In this document: one piece after another, positions 39,867-50,591 of the stretch | How positions within the stretch are numbered: the stretch's first letter is position 1 | Layout: each line of letters begins with the position of its first letter | Source: Candidatus Latescibacterota bacterium | GTDB lineage: Bacteria; Latescibacterota; UBA2968; UBA8231 | Direction: 5' to 3' | DNA length: 64,000 nucleotides | Assembly: GCA_965206595.1 (NCBI GenBank) | Contig: OZ242214.1 | Location: 2,560,001 to 2,624,000 of the forward strand | Notes under the pieces: generated by a model | Told to the model about the DNA's origin: nothing | Databases searched by the model: none | The model's input: the letters and a program-made list of their open reading frames with translations, nothing else | Position numbers and translations under genes: made by a program

Positions 39867-41285
39867 GTGCACCGCATTTTCATTCCCCCCGCTTCAGCCG
39901 CCGCACTCCTGCTTCTCGCTGGGGCTTCGTCAGGGCAGAGCGGGCTATTCGTCATCACCACGGACTATTCCACCGGCAGCACCGCCTTTCTCGCAGCGAA
40001 TGCAGGGGAAGCCGAGGTGAACCTGTTGGGCATCCACTCCGACGCAGTCGGGCATTACCACGACGGCCGCGTCTATGTCGTCAACCGCCTTGGACAGGAC
40101 AATATCCTGGTGCTGGACGAGATGGATCTGCGCACTCCGCTGGCCCAGTTCTCGGTGGGCAACGGCGCCAATCCGCACGACATCGAAATCGTCGCACCCG
40201 GAAAGGCGTACGTATCGCTCTACGACAGGGCCTCCCTGCTGATCGTCGATCCCCGGGACGGCGCGGAACTGGGCCAAATCGATCTGAGCGCTTTCGCCGA
40301 CGCGGATGGCCTGCCCGAGGTGTCGCAGATCGTCCGCACAGGGGAGCGGCTCTACCTGAGCTGCCAGCGCCTCGACCGCGACAACGGCTGGGGACCGGCC
40401 GGCGTCAGCTACCTGATCGTCGTCGACCTGGCCAGTGACACCCTCGTCGACGTGGACCCGGATACCGGCGGGGTGCAAGGCATCCCCCTGATCGCTGCCA
40501 ATCCCACCAGCATGGCCGTAGTCGGCGAGCGCATCGCCGTGGGGGTACTGGTCAATTTCGGAGACCGGTACGGCGGAGTGGAAGTCGTCGATACGGTGAC
40601 CAACCGCAGCCTCGGGCTCGCCGTCGGCGAGGAGGATCTGGGGGGCGACATCACCTCCATGGTGATGGTCGACCAGAACCGGGGCTATGCGGTGGTCGCC
40701 GACGAGAATTTCGCCAACAGCGTGCGGCCCTTCGACCTGTCGAGCGGCAGCGTCGGCGCGCCCCTGGAAAACATCAGCGGCGGGTTCATCCCCAGTCTGG
40801 CCGTGGATGGCGACCGCCTGATCGTCGCCGACCGGGGCAGCTTCTCCGACCCGGCCAGCCCCGGGCTCAAGTTCTACGACGCGGCCACCGATGCCTTCCT
40901 GCGCGGCCCCGTCGACACCGGCCTGCCGCCGTCGAGCATCGTGGTCCTGAGCGATGCCGCGGTCCCCACGTCCGTGGAGGAGACCGCCGACAGCGGCCTG
41001 CCGCAGGCATTCGCCCTCGAGCCGGCCTGGCCCAATCCCTTCAACGCCTCGGTGCAGATTCCCTTCGTGGTGCGGGAGGACAACACCCTTGTCGAATTGA
41101 CCGTGCACGACGTCCTCGGCCGCACCGTCCGCACCCTGACCTCCGGCCCGGTGGCCGCAGGGCGTCACGTCGTCCACTGGGACGGCCGCGACGCCGCGGG
41201 CAAGCCGGTGGGCAACGGCGCGTACCTGCTGCAGTTGCGCGCTGGAGGTCAGCAGGCTGCAGGCAAGGTGATGTTGCTGAAATAA
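39867..41285 (+). CDS. secreted beta-propeller protein (YncE/BtuG-like) with C-terminal FlgD-Ig/T9SS-like sorting domain
   Basis: RBS GAGGAGGA before GTG; signal peptide; YVVNR, NPHDI, KAYVS repeats; C-terminal AWPNPFN...VHDVLGRTVRTL...WDGRDAAG.PV.NG.Y. Confidence 0.75.
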   Translation: MHRIFIPPASAAALLLLAGASSGQSGLFVITTDYSTGSTAFLAANAGEAEVNLLGIHSDAVGHYHDGRVYVVNRLGQDNILVLDEMDLRTPLAQFSVGNGANPHDIEIVAPGKAYVSLYDRASLLIVDPRDGAELGQIDLSAFADADGLPEVSQIVRTGERLYLSCQRLDRDNGWGPAGVSYLIVVDLASDTLVDVDPDTGGVQGIPLIAANPTSMAVVGERIAVGVLVNFGDRYGGVEVVDTVTNRSLGLAVGEEDLGGDITSMVMVDQNRGYAVVADENFANSVRPFDLSSGSVGAPLENISGGFIPSLAVDGDRLIVADRGSFSDPASPGLKFYDAATDAFLRGPVDTGLPPSSIVVLSDAAVPTSVEETADSGLPQAFALEPAWPNPFNASVQIPFVVREDNTLVELTVHDVLGRTVRTLTSGPVAAGRHVVHWDGRDAAGKPVGNGAYLLQLRAGGQQAAGKVMLLK

Positions 41286-41300
41286 GAGGAGAGCAACAGC

Positions 41301-41867
41301 ATGGTTACCCTTTCCAGGCTGTACACCCGGACGGGAGACGGCGGCATGACGCGGCTGGGCGACATGTCGCAGGTCCCCAAGACCAGCCCCCGCATCGCCG
41401 CGTACGGGTGCGTGGACGAACTGAACTCGGTGATCGGGCTTGCCCGGGCAAGCTGCGCCGGGCACGACGACGTCCTCGCGCGGGTGCAGAACGATCTCTT
41501 CGACCTGGGAGCCGACCTGTGCGTCCCGCAGGCGGACGGCGAGGAAGAGCGCCTGCGCGTGCAGCCGCAGCAAGTCCTGTTTCTCGAACAGCAGATCGAC
41601 CAGCTCACGCGAGACCTGGCCCCCTTGCGCAGCTTCGTCCTGCCCGGGGGACGGCTCCCCGCCGCCTGGCTCCACCTGGCGCGTACGGTCTGCCGGCACG
41701 CCGAGCGTGCGACTTGGCACCTCGCGGAGAAGGAGCAGGTCGGCGAGCAGGTCCTGCAGTATCTCAACCGGCTTTCCGACCTGCTCTTCGCCATGGCCCG
41801 GGCGGCCAACGACGGCGGCGAGGCGGATGTGTTGTGGCAGCCGGGGAAGGGCGCCGCCGATGAGTAA
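41301..41867 (+). CDS. pduO: ATP:cob(I)alamin adenosyltransferase, PduO type
   Basis: LYTRTGDGG.T, AYG.VDELNS, QNDLFDLGADL, FVLPGG, RTVCR.AER, YLNRLSD. Confidence 0.93.
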   Translation: MVTLSRLYTRTGDGGMTRLGDMSQVPKTSPRIAAYGCVDELNSVIGLARASCAGHDDVLARVQNDLFDLGADLCVPQADGEEERLRVQPQQVLFLEQQIDQLTRDLAPLRSFVLPGGRLPAAWLHLARTVCRHAERATWHLAEKEQVGEQVLQYLNRLSDLLFAMARAANDGGEADVLWQPGKGAADE

Positions 41868-41910
41868 GTGGACAGGGCCCCCGCATCCTGGTGGTGTGCG
41901 GAGGCGTTTG

Positions 41911-43068
41911 ATGCGCAAGGTCTGTCTTTTTGCGGGGCTCGTCTTCGCCGCATCGGCGGCGAACGGGGCCGACTGCGTCGATACCTACGACCCGGCGAAG
42001 GACTATTTCCCCCACAAGACCGGGCTGCAGTACGCCGAGAGTTTTGCGATCGAGTACTTCGGCAATTACAAGGTGGTCACCGTGCACACCCCCTGGCCCG
42101 GCGCCGAGGAAGCGGTCCGCTACTTGCTGGTCCAGTGCGGCACCCCCGTCCCCGAGGGGTACGACGGCCTCCAGCCCATCACCGTGCCGGTACGCCGTCT
42201 CGCGGCCCTGTCCACGACCCAGTTGCCCCACCTCGAGTTGCTCGACGCCCTCGACAACCTGGTCGCGGTCAGTGACATCGCGATGGTGAATTCCCCCGGG
42301 GTCATCCGGCGCTTCGAGGCCGGGGGGATCGCCGAAATCGGCTACGGTCCCGGGGTCAATCTCGAGCTGGTGCTGGAGCTGGAGACCGGCGTGGTGATGA
42401 CCGCGGCGTCCGCCCAGTCCCAGCACAACGCCCACCCGGTCCTGCGGCAGGCCGGCGTCGCCGTGGCCATCAACGCCGAGTACACCGAGCCCTCGCTTCT
42501 CGGCCGCACCGAATGGCTCAAGTTCACCGCGGCGTTTCTCAACGCCGAGGCCCCGGCGCAGAAACGGTTCGCGGAGATCGCCGCCCGGTTCCATCACTAC
42601 GCCGCCCTGGTGCGGGACGTGCCGGCGGACCGGCGCCCCACGGTGTTCGGCGGCTCCCTCTGGCGCGACACCTGGCACGTCGCCGGGGGCAAAAGCTACC
42701 CGGCGCAATTGGTCGCCGCGGCCGGCGGCGCCTACCTGTGGGCGGACGACGATTCCAGGGGAAGCCTGCCCCTCGACTTCGAAGCAGTTTACGAAAAGGC
42801 CCACGCCGCCGACGTCTGGCTGACCATGCGCAACGAATGGCATTCGCTGGCCGGGGTGGAGGCCGCGGACGAGCGCTACACGGCGTTCGCCGCGTTCAAC
42901 AGCGGCCGCGTCTACAACGCCAACGCCCGGCTCAACGCGCACGGCGGCAACGACTACTGGGAAAGCGGCCTCGTCGAGCCCCATATCGTGCTGGCCGACC
43001 TCGTCAAGATCCTCCATCCCCGCCGCCTGCCGGAACACGCCCTCAAGTTCCATAAAAAATTGGACTGA
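41911..43068 (+). CDS. cobalamin/iron-siderophore ABC transporter substrate-binding protein
   Basis: Signal peptide; VPVRR...STT, E...LGRTEW.K, GNDYWESG...P..VLADL..ILHP. Confidence 0.85.
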   Translation: MRKVCLFAGLVFAASAANGADCVDTYDPAKDYFPHKTGLQYAESFAIEYFGNYKVVTVHTPWPGAEEAVRYLLVQCGTPVPEGYDGLQPITVPVRRLAALSTTQLPHLELLDALDNLVAVSDIAMVNSPGVIRRFEAGGIAEIGYGPGVNLELVLELETGVVMTAASAQSQHNAHPVLRQAGVAVAINAEYTEPSLLGRTEWLKFTAAFLNAEAPAQKRFAEIAARFHHYAALVRDVPADRRPTVFGGSLWRDTWHVAGGKSYPAQLVAAAGGAYLWADDDSRGSLPLDFEAVYEKAHAADVWLTMRNEWHSLAGVEAADERYTAFAAFNSGRVYNANARLNAHGGNDYWESGLVEPHIVLADLVKILHPRRLPEHALKFHKKLD

Positions 43069-43074
43069 GACGCA

Positions 43075-44163
43075 GTGCCCTCCTCTTCCCCTGCCGCGGC
43101 ACACAGCCCCCCATGCCCCCGGCCGGGGCCGCGCTGGGGGCTGTTCCCGGGGATGGCCGCGGCCATGGCGGGCTTCTTCGCGCTCAGCCTCGGGGTGGGC
43201 TCGGTCTCCATCCCCCTGGACTCGGTGATCGCCATCCTCTGGGACGGGGCCGGACAGAAACCGAGCTGGACCCACATCATCCACTCGATCCGCCTGCCGC
43301 GCGCCCTCACCGCGATGCTCGCCGGTGCCGCCCTGAGCGCCAGCGGCCTGCAGATGCAGACCCTGTTCCGCAATCCCCTCGCCGACCCCTTCATCCTCGG
43401 CATCAGCGCCGGGGCCAGCCTGGGGGTCGCCCTGGTCGTCCTGGGAACGGGGGTCACCGGAGCCGGGCTGCTGGCCGGGCTGGGGCTTCTCGGACAGGCA
43501 GGGGTGGTCGCCGCGGCGGTGGCCGGCGCCGCCCTGGTCCTGGGCCTGGTGCTTCTGGTCGGGAGGCGCGTGCAGCACGCCATGACCCTGCTCATCCTCG
43601 GCCTGATGTTCGGCTACCTCACCGGCGCCCTGGTCAGCGTGCTGCTCTACTTCAGCATCCCCGAGCAGGTGCAGACCTACGTCCTGTGGACCTTCGGCAG
43701 CTTCGGCGCCGTCACCTGGGGACAGCTCGCCGTCCTGGCGCCGGTGGTTCTCGCCGGCCTGGGGATCGCCGGCCTGCTGGTCAAGCCGCTCAACGCCCTG
43801 CTCCTCGGGGAGACCTACGCCCGCAGCATGGGCCTGGGGGCGGGGCGGGCGCGGCTGTGGATCATCGCCAGCGCCGCGCTGCTGGCCGGCGCCGTCACCG
43901 CCTACTGCGGCCCCATCGGATTCCTGGGGGTCGCGGTGCCGCATCTGTGCCGGGCCCTCTTCAACACCTCCGATCACCGCGTGCTGCTGCCGGCGTGCCT
44001 GCTTTCGGGGAGCATCCTGGCCCTGGCCGCGGACCTGGTTGCCCGCCTTCCCGGAAGCCAGGCTACCCTGCCGCTCAACGCGGTCACCGCCCTGATCGGG
44101 GCGCCCGTGGTCACCTGGATCATCCTGCGCCGCCGCAGCCTGCGGCAGGCCTTCGCCGGGTGA
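43075..44163 (+). CDS. BtuC/FecCD family ABC permease
   Basis: IRLPR, QTLFRNPLADP..LG, GPIGFLG..VPH. Confidence 0.92.
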   Translation: MPSSSPAAAHSPPCPRPGPRWGLFPGMAAAMAGFFALSLGVGSVSIPLDSVIAILWDGAGQKPSWTHIIHSIRLPRALTAMLAGAALSASGLQMQTLFRNPLADPFILGISAGASLGVALVVLGTGVTGAGLLAGLGLLGQAGVVAAAVAGAALVLGLVLLVGRRVQHAMTLLILGLMFGYLTGALVSVLLYFSIPEQVQTYVLWTFGSFGAVTWGQLAVLAPVVLAGLGIAGLLVKPLNALLLGETYARSMGLGAGRARLWIIASAALLAGAVTAYCGPIGFLGVAVPHLCRALFNTSDHRVLLPACLLSGSILALAADLVARLPGSQATLPLNAVTALIGAPVVTWIILRRRSLRQAFAG

Positions 44164-44168
44164 CCGCC

Positions 44169-45218
44169 ATGAGCGCCCCCATCCTGCAGGCACGCGGCCT
44201 GTGCATCGGGTACGCGCCGAGGGGGCGCCCCCGCCTCGAAGTGGCCGCACACCTGGAAGTCGAGCTATTCACCGGGGAGCTGGTCTGCCTGCTGGGGCCG
44301 AACGGCGCCGGCAAATCCACCCTCGTGCGCACCCTGGCCGGCCTGCAGATGCCGCTGGGAGGCGAGGTGCTCCTCCGGGGCGGCGACCTGCACGCCCTCA
44401 CCGAGAGCGAAAGGGCGCGGCTGCTCGGCCTCGTCCTGACCGAGCGGGTCGATGCTGGAAACCTGTCGGCCCATGCTCTCGCGGGGCTGGGCCGCTACCC
44501 GTACACCGGCTGGGACGGCCGCCTTTCCCCTGCCGACGAGGAGGTGGTGCGCTGGGCCCTGGCCGCGGTCGGGGCCGGGGACCTCGCCGCCCGCAGCGTC
44601 GGCGAGTTGAGCGACGGCGAGCGGCAGAAGGTGATGATCGCCCGCGCCCTGGCCCAGGAGCCGGCCGTGCTCCTCCTCGACGAGCCCACGGCCTTTCTCG
44701 ACCTGCCGCGGCGGGTCGAAATCGTGCAGCTGCTGCGGCGCCTGGCCGGCGACGGCGACCGCGCCGTGCTGCTTTCAACCCACGACCTCGACCTCGCCCT
44801 GCGCTGCGCCGACCGCCTCTGGCTGCTGCCGCCCGGCGGCCCCCTGCAGACCGGGGCGCCGGAGGACCTGGTGCTGAGCGGGGCCTTCCAGCGGACCTTT
44901 GCCGGCGTCGAGTTCAACCCTGCCACCGGTTCCTTCCAGCTGGAGCAGGAGCCGGAGGGGGAGGTCGGCCTCCAGGGAGAAGGGCTCGATGCCCTGTGGA
45001 CGGCGCGCGCCCTGGAACGGGCCGGCTTCCGCGTCGACGGCTCGGGAAATGCCGAGGTTCGCGTCGAGATCGTCCACCAGGACGGGGGCACGGCCTGGCG
45101 GCTCCTGACCGCGTCGGGCCCGCGCCTCTGCACCACCCTGTACGAGATGGTCGGCTGCGTCAGACATCGCCTCGTTCAAAGCAGCAAGCCCCCTCGCGAG
45201 AGGAGTGAAAATCCGTGA
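44169..45218 (+). CDS. BtuD/FhuC family ABC ATPase with C-terminal extension
   Basis: GPNGAGKST, LSDGERQK, LLLDEPT, STHD. Confidence 0.92.
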   Translation: MSAPILQARGLCIGYAPRGRPRLEVAAHLEVELFTGELVCLLGPNGAGKSTLVRTLAGLQMPLGGEVLLRGGDLHALTESERARLLGLVLTERVDAGNLSAHALAGLGRYPYTGWDGRLSPADEEVVRWALAAVGAGDLAARSVGELSDGERQKVMIARALAQEPAVLLLDEPTAFLDLPRRVEIVQLLRRLAGDGDRAVLLSTHDLDLALRCADRLWLLPPGGPLQTGAPEDLVLSGAFQRTFAGVEFNPATGSFQLEQEPEGEVGLQGEGLDALWTARALERAGFRVDGSGNAEVRVEIVHQDGGTAWRLLTASGPRLCTTLYEMVGCVRHRLVQSSKPPRERSENP

Positions 45219-46141
45219 ACCGCGTCGTCTCCCTGCTGCCCGGCAGCACCGAAATCATCTGCGCCCTCGGCGGCAAGGAGCGCCTGGTCGGACGTTCCCA
45301 CGAGTGCGACTACCCCCCCGGGGTCGGCGACCTGCCGGCCTGCACGGCCCCCAAGTTCGACCCGGACGGCACCTCGTACCAGATCGACCAGCGGGTCAAG
45401 GCCATATTGCAGGAGGCGGTCTCCGTGTACCGGGTGGACGCCGGCCTGCTCGACGATCTGGAACCGGATCTGCTGGTGACACAGTCGCAGTGCGAGGTCT
45501 GCGCCGTCAGCCTCGAGGAGGTCGAGAAGGCGGCCTGTCAGCTGGTGCGCTCGCGGCCGGCCATTCTGTCCCTGGAGCCCCACCGCCTCGCCGATGTCTG
45601 GGGCGATGTCGAGCGGGTGGCCGCGGCGCTCGAAGTGAAGGACAGGGGCCGCGCCCTGGTGGCGGAATTGCGGGACCGTCTCCAAACGATCGCTGCCCGC
45701 ACCCGCGGTATCGGCGACTGCCCGCGTGTCGCCTGCATCGAGTGGTTCGAGCCGCTGATGGCCGCGGGCAACTGGATGCCCGAGCTGGTGGAGATCGCCG
45801 GGGGCCGGAACCTCTTCGCCCCCGCCGGAGGGCATTCCCCCTGGCTGTCGTGGGAGGCACTCGAAGATGCCAAGCCGGATTTTATCGTGCTGATGCCCTG
45901 CGGCTTCGACATTCCCCGCTCCCGGGACGAGCTGCCGGCACTGACCCGGCAGCCGGCCTGGTCGCGGTTGCAGGCCGTGCAGGAGGGGCGGGTATTCCTC
46001 ACGGACGGCAACCAGTTCTTCAACCGCCCTGGCCCGCGCCTGGTCGAGTCGGCCGGGATCCTCGCCGAGATCATGCATCCCCGGGATTTCGAGAGCACCC
46101 AGGAGGGATCGGGATGGGAGCGGTGGGAGGGCAGCATATGA
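45215..46141 (+). CDS. cobalamin-binding protein (BtuF-like fold) without signal peptide
   Basis: MNRVVSLLP..TEI..ALG, VGRSHECDYP, QCEVC, EWFEP, MPCGF, FNRPGPRL. Confidence 0.8.
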   Translation: MNRVVSLLPGSTEIICALGGKERLVGRSHECDYPPGVGDLPACTAPKFDPDGTSYQIDQRVKAILQEAVSVYRVDAGLLDDLEPDLLVTQSQCEVCAVSLEEVEKAACQLVRSRPAILSLEPHRLADVWGDVERVAAALEVKDRGRALVAELRDRLQTIAARTRGIGDCPRVACIEWFEPLMAAGNWMPELVEIAGGRNLFAPAGGHSPWLSWEALEDAKPDFIVLMPCGFDIPRSRDELPALTRQPAWSRLQAVQEGRVFLTDGNQFFNRPGPRLVESAGILAEIMHPRDFESTQEGSGWERWEGSI

Positions 46142-46199
46142 TCGGGCACCGGATTCGCAGGACCGCCATTCCCGCGGCCCCGGGCTGCGGGGGTGCGCC

Positions 46200-47327
46200 T
46201 TGAGAATGGACGAAACCCTCGCCGCGGAACGGGGGTATGCCGTCCGCCGCCGCGGCCGCTTCCTGATCGTCGAGCTGCTGCAGCCGCACCGGGTGCTGTG
46301 CACCTCGGCGTACGGCGGCGGCCAGCGCGAGGACCTGGGCTACCTGGTCAACCATCAGAGCTGCGAAGGCGGCGGCCACCAGGAGCGCTTCCTGCGCCTC
46401 AGGGAGCTCGGCGAAGCCGGGTACCACCGCGCGACTTGCGCCGAGCTGGGGCTGGACCCCGAAGCGGTGGCGCTGATGGGGACCGCGGCCAACATGAACT
46501 GCGCCGCCCTGGCGAGCGAAGAGTCCTCCGGCGTGAAAGTGCAGGCGGTGGTGACCGCGGGCGTCGAAGGGAATGCCGGACGCGCCGGCGATCCGGCCCG
46601 CTGGCACGAAGGGGAGCAGGGCTGGAGCGAGGTCGATCCCCACACCGGCACCATCAACGCGCTGCTGATGATCGACTGGCCGCTCACCCCGGCGGCCCTT
46701 GCCCGCGCCGCCATCACCCTCACCGAGGCGAAGTCCGCGGCCCTGCAGGAGCTGGCCGTCTCCAGCCGCTTCTCCCCGGACCTGGCGACCGGCACCGGCA
46801 CGGACCAGTACTGCATCGCCGCCCCGCTCGACGACCGGAAACCCAAGACCAACACCGGCCACCACGCCCGGCTCGGCGAGCTGATCGGCCGCGCCGTGCG
46901 CCGGGCCACCAGGGAGGCCCTGCGCTGGCAGAACGGCCTGGAGCCCTCCCACACCCGCAGCATCGCCTACGCCTTGCGCCGCTTCGGCCTCGACGAAACA
47001 GGCCTCCTGGCGGCGTTGAAGGACCGGCTCGACGAGGAGGCCTTCCTCCTGCTGGAGGAGAACCGCGAGGCTGTTCTGCGCGAACCGCAGGCCGTCGCCG
47101 CTGCCTATGCCATCGCCGCGGTCTGGGACCGGGTGCGCTACGGCGTGCTTCCGGCCGACCAGGCGTTCCCGGTGCTGCGCCAGCAGGCGGCGACCCTGGC
47201 TTCGTGTCTGGCCGCCCGCCCGGAATCCTGGCCGACCTGCTGGCAGCAGCTGACGGTCGATGCCGGCGAGCCGCTGCAGGTGGTGGCTGACGCCGTTGCC
47301 CTGGGTTGGCGGCTCAAATGGGCCTAG
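46200..47327 (+). CDS. cbiZ: adenosylcobinamide amidohydrolase
   Basis: NHQSCE, MGTAANM, VTAGVEGNA, GTIN, TEAKS, ATGTGTD, GELIG. Confidence 0.88.
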   Translation: MRMDETLAAERGYAVRRRGRFLIVELLQPHRVLCTSAYGGGQREDLGYLVNHQSCEGGGHQERFLRLRELGEAGYHRATCAELGLDPEAVALMGTAANMNCAALASEESSGVKVQAVVTAGVEGNAGRAGDPARWHEGEQGWSEVDPHTGTINALLMIDWPLTPAALARAAITLTEAKSAALQELAVSSRFSPDLATGTGTDQYCIAAPLDDRKPKTNTGHHARLGELIGRAVRRATREALRWQNGLEPSHTRSIAYALRRFGLDETGLLAALKDRLDEEAFLLLEENREAVLREPQAVAAAYAIAAVWDRVRYGVLPADQAFPVLRQQAATLASCLAARPESWPTCWQQLTVDAGEPLQVVADAVALGWRLKWA

Positions 47328-47481
47328 TGCCCGCGCGCGCAATTCCGCGTGAATGCGGCCGCCGTTGCATCTTGAGGGGGAACATCGCGGTTCAATCTCA
47401 ATCCCCACTCACGCGTTGGCTGCGCTTGCCGTACACCACGGTACGACTCGCTCAGGCGCCTTGCGGGCCGGGCGCATCGGG
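47325..47481. repeat. dispersed intergenic repeat, MITE-like, copy 2
   Basis: Left 40 nt match 22320-22359 at 35/40 positions; right end GCATCGGG shared; longer interior. Confidence 0.5.
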
Positions 47482-47525
47482 TCGAGACTGGCGGTTGACG
47501 CCCATGTGTCCGGTTGACCGCTGAA

Positions 47526-48503
47526 ATGAGCCTGGACCTTCTGAAGCCGGACCCGCTGCTTCTGCTGGGCGCCGTGGCCCTGGACGGGCTCATCGGCGAT
47601 CCGGTGTACCCCCTGCACCCGGTCCGGCTGACCGGGGCAGCGCTGGGACGGATCGAGGCTGCGCTGCGCCGCCTGGAGCTGGACGGACGCATCGGGGGCT
47701 GCCTGCTCTTCGCCGCTCTGAGCTGCCTCTGCGTGGGACTGGTCAGCGTTGCGGCCTGGGGGCTCGGGAGGCTGTCGTCCCCCCTGGTCGCATCGGTGTT
47801 CCACCTGTTCATGCTCTACAGCCTGCTCGCCCTGCGCGACCTGTTCAGGCACGGACTGGCCATCGACCGCGCCGCCAGCGCCGGCGACCTGGTTGCGGCG
47901 CGGCGGGCAACGGCCATGCTGGTTGCCCGCGATACGGCGCCGATGGACGCCGCAGCCTGCCGCCGGGCGGGGATGGAAAGCCTCGCCGAAAACGCCGTGG
48001 ACGGCTTCGTCTCGCCGCTTTTCTGGTACGCCCTGCTGGGGCTTCCCGGGGTCGCCCTCTTCAAGGTGATCAGCACCATGGACTCGATGGTCGGTAACAG
48101 GACCCCGCGCTATCTCCGCTTCGGCTGGTGCGGGGCCCGCCTGGACGACCTGTTCAACTATGTGCCCGCCCGCCTGACCTGGGGGGTGATGATCCTGGTC
48201 GCCTGGCTGTTGCCGGGCTGCTCGGCCCGCAAGGCCCTGGCCGTGGGCTGGCGCCAGCACAGGCTCGTTCCCGGCCCAAATTCCGGCTGGAGCGAGGCCG
48301 CTGCCGCCGGGGCCTTGCAATGCCGTCTGGCCGGACCGATCTGGCAGGGGGGGAAGCGGGTAACCGATCTCTGGCTGGGTTGCCCCGGGGATCCCGAGGG
48401 GGGACGCCGCGGCGACCTGGCCCGAACCTGCACCTTCATCGCCGCGACCTGCCTGACCTTCGCCGGCGCGGCGGGTCTGGGGCTGTGGGCGTTCCACCCG
48501 TAA
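47526..48503 (+). CDS. cbiB: adenosylcobinamide-phosphate synthase (CbiB/CobD)
   Basis: [61 protein letters not shown]. Confidence 0.92.
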   Translation: MSLDLLKPDPLLLLGAVALDGLIGDPVYPLHPVRLTGAALGRIEAALRRLELDGRIGGCLLFAALSCLCVGLVSVAAWGLGRLSSPLVASVFHLFMLYSLLALRDLFRHGLAIDRAASAGDLVAARRATAMLVARDTAPMDAAACRRAGMESLAENAVDGFVSPLFWYALLGLPGVALFKVISTMDSMVGNRTPRYLRFGWCGARLDDLFNYVPARLTWGVMILVAWLLPGCSARKALAVGWRQHRLVPGPNSGWSEAAAAGALQCRLAGPIWQGGKRVTDLWLGCPGDPEGGRRGDLARTCTFIAATCLTFAGAAGLGLWAFHP

Positions 48504-48645
48504 ACCGGAAGGTGCCTGCAGAAACCCCGCAGCAGGCTCACCCCGGACGTTCGCATGCCTGTTCCACCGTTTCGCCGCACATACCGGATATCTACATTCC
48601 CGATCTGCATACATCGACCGAGGAGGCAGCCGTCGAAGCGCGACC

Positions 48646-49344
48646 TTGGAGCCGGCACTGATTCGCATCGAAGGGGTGGAGAAGACCTACGACATGGGGG
48701 CGGTGGAAGTGCATGCCCTGCGCGGCGTGTCGCTGACCCTCGAGCGCAACGAGTACGTCGCCATTATGGGCCCCTCCGGCTCGGGCAAGTCGACCCTGAT
48801 GAACATCATCGGCTGCCTCGACGTGCCCACCGCCGGCACTTACGAGCTGAACGGGCAGCGCGTCAGCGAGATGGAGGACGACGAGCTCGCCCGCGTCCGC
48901 AACCGGGAGATCGGCTTCGTCTTCCAGGCCTTCAACCTGCTTCCCCGGGCCGACGCCCTGCGCAACGTCGAGTTGCCCCTGGTCTACGCCGGGCTCGGGC
49001 AGCGCGCCCGGCGCGAGCGGGCAGAGGAGGCGCTCGGATCCGTGGGGCTGGAAGACCGCATGCACCACCGGCCCAACGAGCTGTCCGGCGGCCAGAAACA
49101 GCGGGTCGCCATCGCCCGCGCCCTGGCCAACGAGCCCTCGATCATTCTCGCCGACGAGCCTACCGGCGCCCTCGACACCCGCACGGGGGCCGAGATCATG
49201 TCCCTGTTTCAAGGCCTCCACGGCAACGGCCACACCGTCGTCGTCGTCACCCACGAGGAGCACATCGCCGCGTACAGCCGCCGCGTCGTCCGCTTCCGCG
49301 ACGGCCTCGTCGAGAGCGACTGCGCCGCGGCGGCGGGCGCATGA
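48646..49344 (+). CDS. ABC exporter ATP-binding protein (MacB/LolD-like)
   Basis: [39 protein letters not shown]. Confidence 0.93.
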   Translation: MEPALIRIEGVEKTYDMGAVEVHALRGVSLTLERNEYVAIMGPSGSGKSTLMNIIGCLDVPTAGTYELNGQRVSEMEDDELARVRNREIGFVFQAFNLLPRADALRNVELPLVYAGLGQRARRERAEEALGSVGLEDRMHHRPNELSGGQKQRVAIARALANEPSIILADEPTGALDTRTGAEIMSLFQGLHGNGHTVVVVTHEEHIAAYSRRVVRFRDGLVESDCAAAAGA

Positions 49345-50591
49345 AACTGCTCCCGCGGGGGCGGGGAAAGCTGGCCGCCGCGGGAGCAGTCGCAGTCGCC
49401 GCTGCCACGGGCGGCATGCTCGCCCTTTCCGGCTCGGGCACAGGTAAGGGGGAAGCCGTCGAGACCTTCGTCGTCGACAGGGGGGAGTTCCGTGTCTCCC
49501 ACTTCGAGGCGGGGGAAATCCGCGCCCGCAAGGACGAGAAGGTCCTCGCCCCGGAGGTGCGCGGGAGGTTGAAGATCACCTACCTCTGGCCCGAAGGAGA
49601 GAAGGTGGAGATCGGCGACCTCATTCTCGCCTTCGACCGCAGCGAGCTCGATGCCGAGGTCAAGGACGAGGCCGGAGAGCTGGAGAAAGCCCTGGCCGAC
49701 CGGCGAAAGGGACTTGCCAACCAAAAGCAGAACCTCGCCGGGATGGCCCTGGAGGTAGAAAAAGTCGACGCCGCACTGGAGCTGGCGCGCATCAACCTGC
49801 AGCGCAGCGAGTACGCCTCCCCCATCGTTCGCGAGGAGCGGATAATCGAGCTCGCCAAGGCGGAACGGGCGATCGCCGAAGCGCGCGAGAACCTCGACGC
49901 CCGCAGAATCGTCAACCGCGTCGAGCGCGCCAACCTCGACCTGCGCGTCTCCCACCACGAGAAGCGCTACGACAAGGCGAGGAAGGATTTCGACCGGCTC
50001 ACCGTGTACGCCAGGCGTCCGGGCATCGTCGTCTACGAGACCATCCGCAAGAGGGGGACCGACCGCAGCGGCAAGGTGACCGAGGGGGACGTCGTCTGGG
50101 GCGGGACGTCCCTGCTGAGCCTTCCCGACCTCAGGGCGATGCAGGTGGTTTCACAGATCGGCGAGATGGACGTCACCAGGGTGAAGCCGGGACATAAGGC
50201 GCTCATCCGGCTCGAGGCGTTCCCCGGCCCGGTCTTTCACGGGGAGGTGGCGGCGGTGGCGCCGATGGCCGGGGAGGTCGAGGACGCCCCCAACGTGCAC
50301 GTCTTCGAGATGGTCGTCGTTATCGAAGAGCAGGACGACCGCCTCTATCCAGGGATGTCGGCTGCGGTCGAGATCCTCCTGCATTCGATTCCCGGCGCGG
50401 TGCGCGTTCCGCTTTCGGCGATCCGCCAGGAGGACGGGCGCGCTTTCGTCTGGCGCTCCGAAGCAGGCGGGTTCACACCGGTCGAGGTGGCCATCGGCCC
50501 GCACAGCGGCACCGAGATCGTTGTCGAGTCCGGCCTGCAAGCGGGTGACGTTGTCGCCCTCGACGCCTCCTCGGTACCTTTGCCGCCATGA
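49341..50591 (+). CDS. efflux periplasmic adaptor (MFP/MacA-like) 1
   Basis: N-terminal anchor, lipoyl-like EGEKVEIGD, coiled coil, LPDL..M.V, LYPGMSA. Confidence 0.85.
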   Translation: MKLLPRGRGKLAAAGAVAVAAATGGMLALSGSGTGKGEAVETFVVDRGEFRVSHFEAGEIRARKDEKVLAPEVRGRLKITYLWPEGEKVEIGDLILAFDRSELDAEVKDEAGELEKALADRRKGLANQKQNLAGMALEVEKVDAALELARINLQRSEYASPIVREERIIELAKAERAIAEARENLDARRIVNRVERANLDLRVSHHEKRYDKARKDFDRLTVYARRPGIVVYETIRKRGTDRSGKVTEGDVVWGGTSLLSLPDLRAMQVVSQIGEMDVTRVKPGHKALIRLEAFPGPVFHGEVAAVAPMAGEVEDAPNVHVFEMVVVIEEQDDRLYPGMSAAVEILLHSIPGAVRVPLSAIRQEDGRAFVWRSEAGGFTPVEVAIGPHSGTEIVVESGLQAGDVVALDASSVPLPP

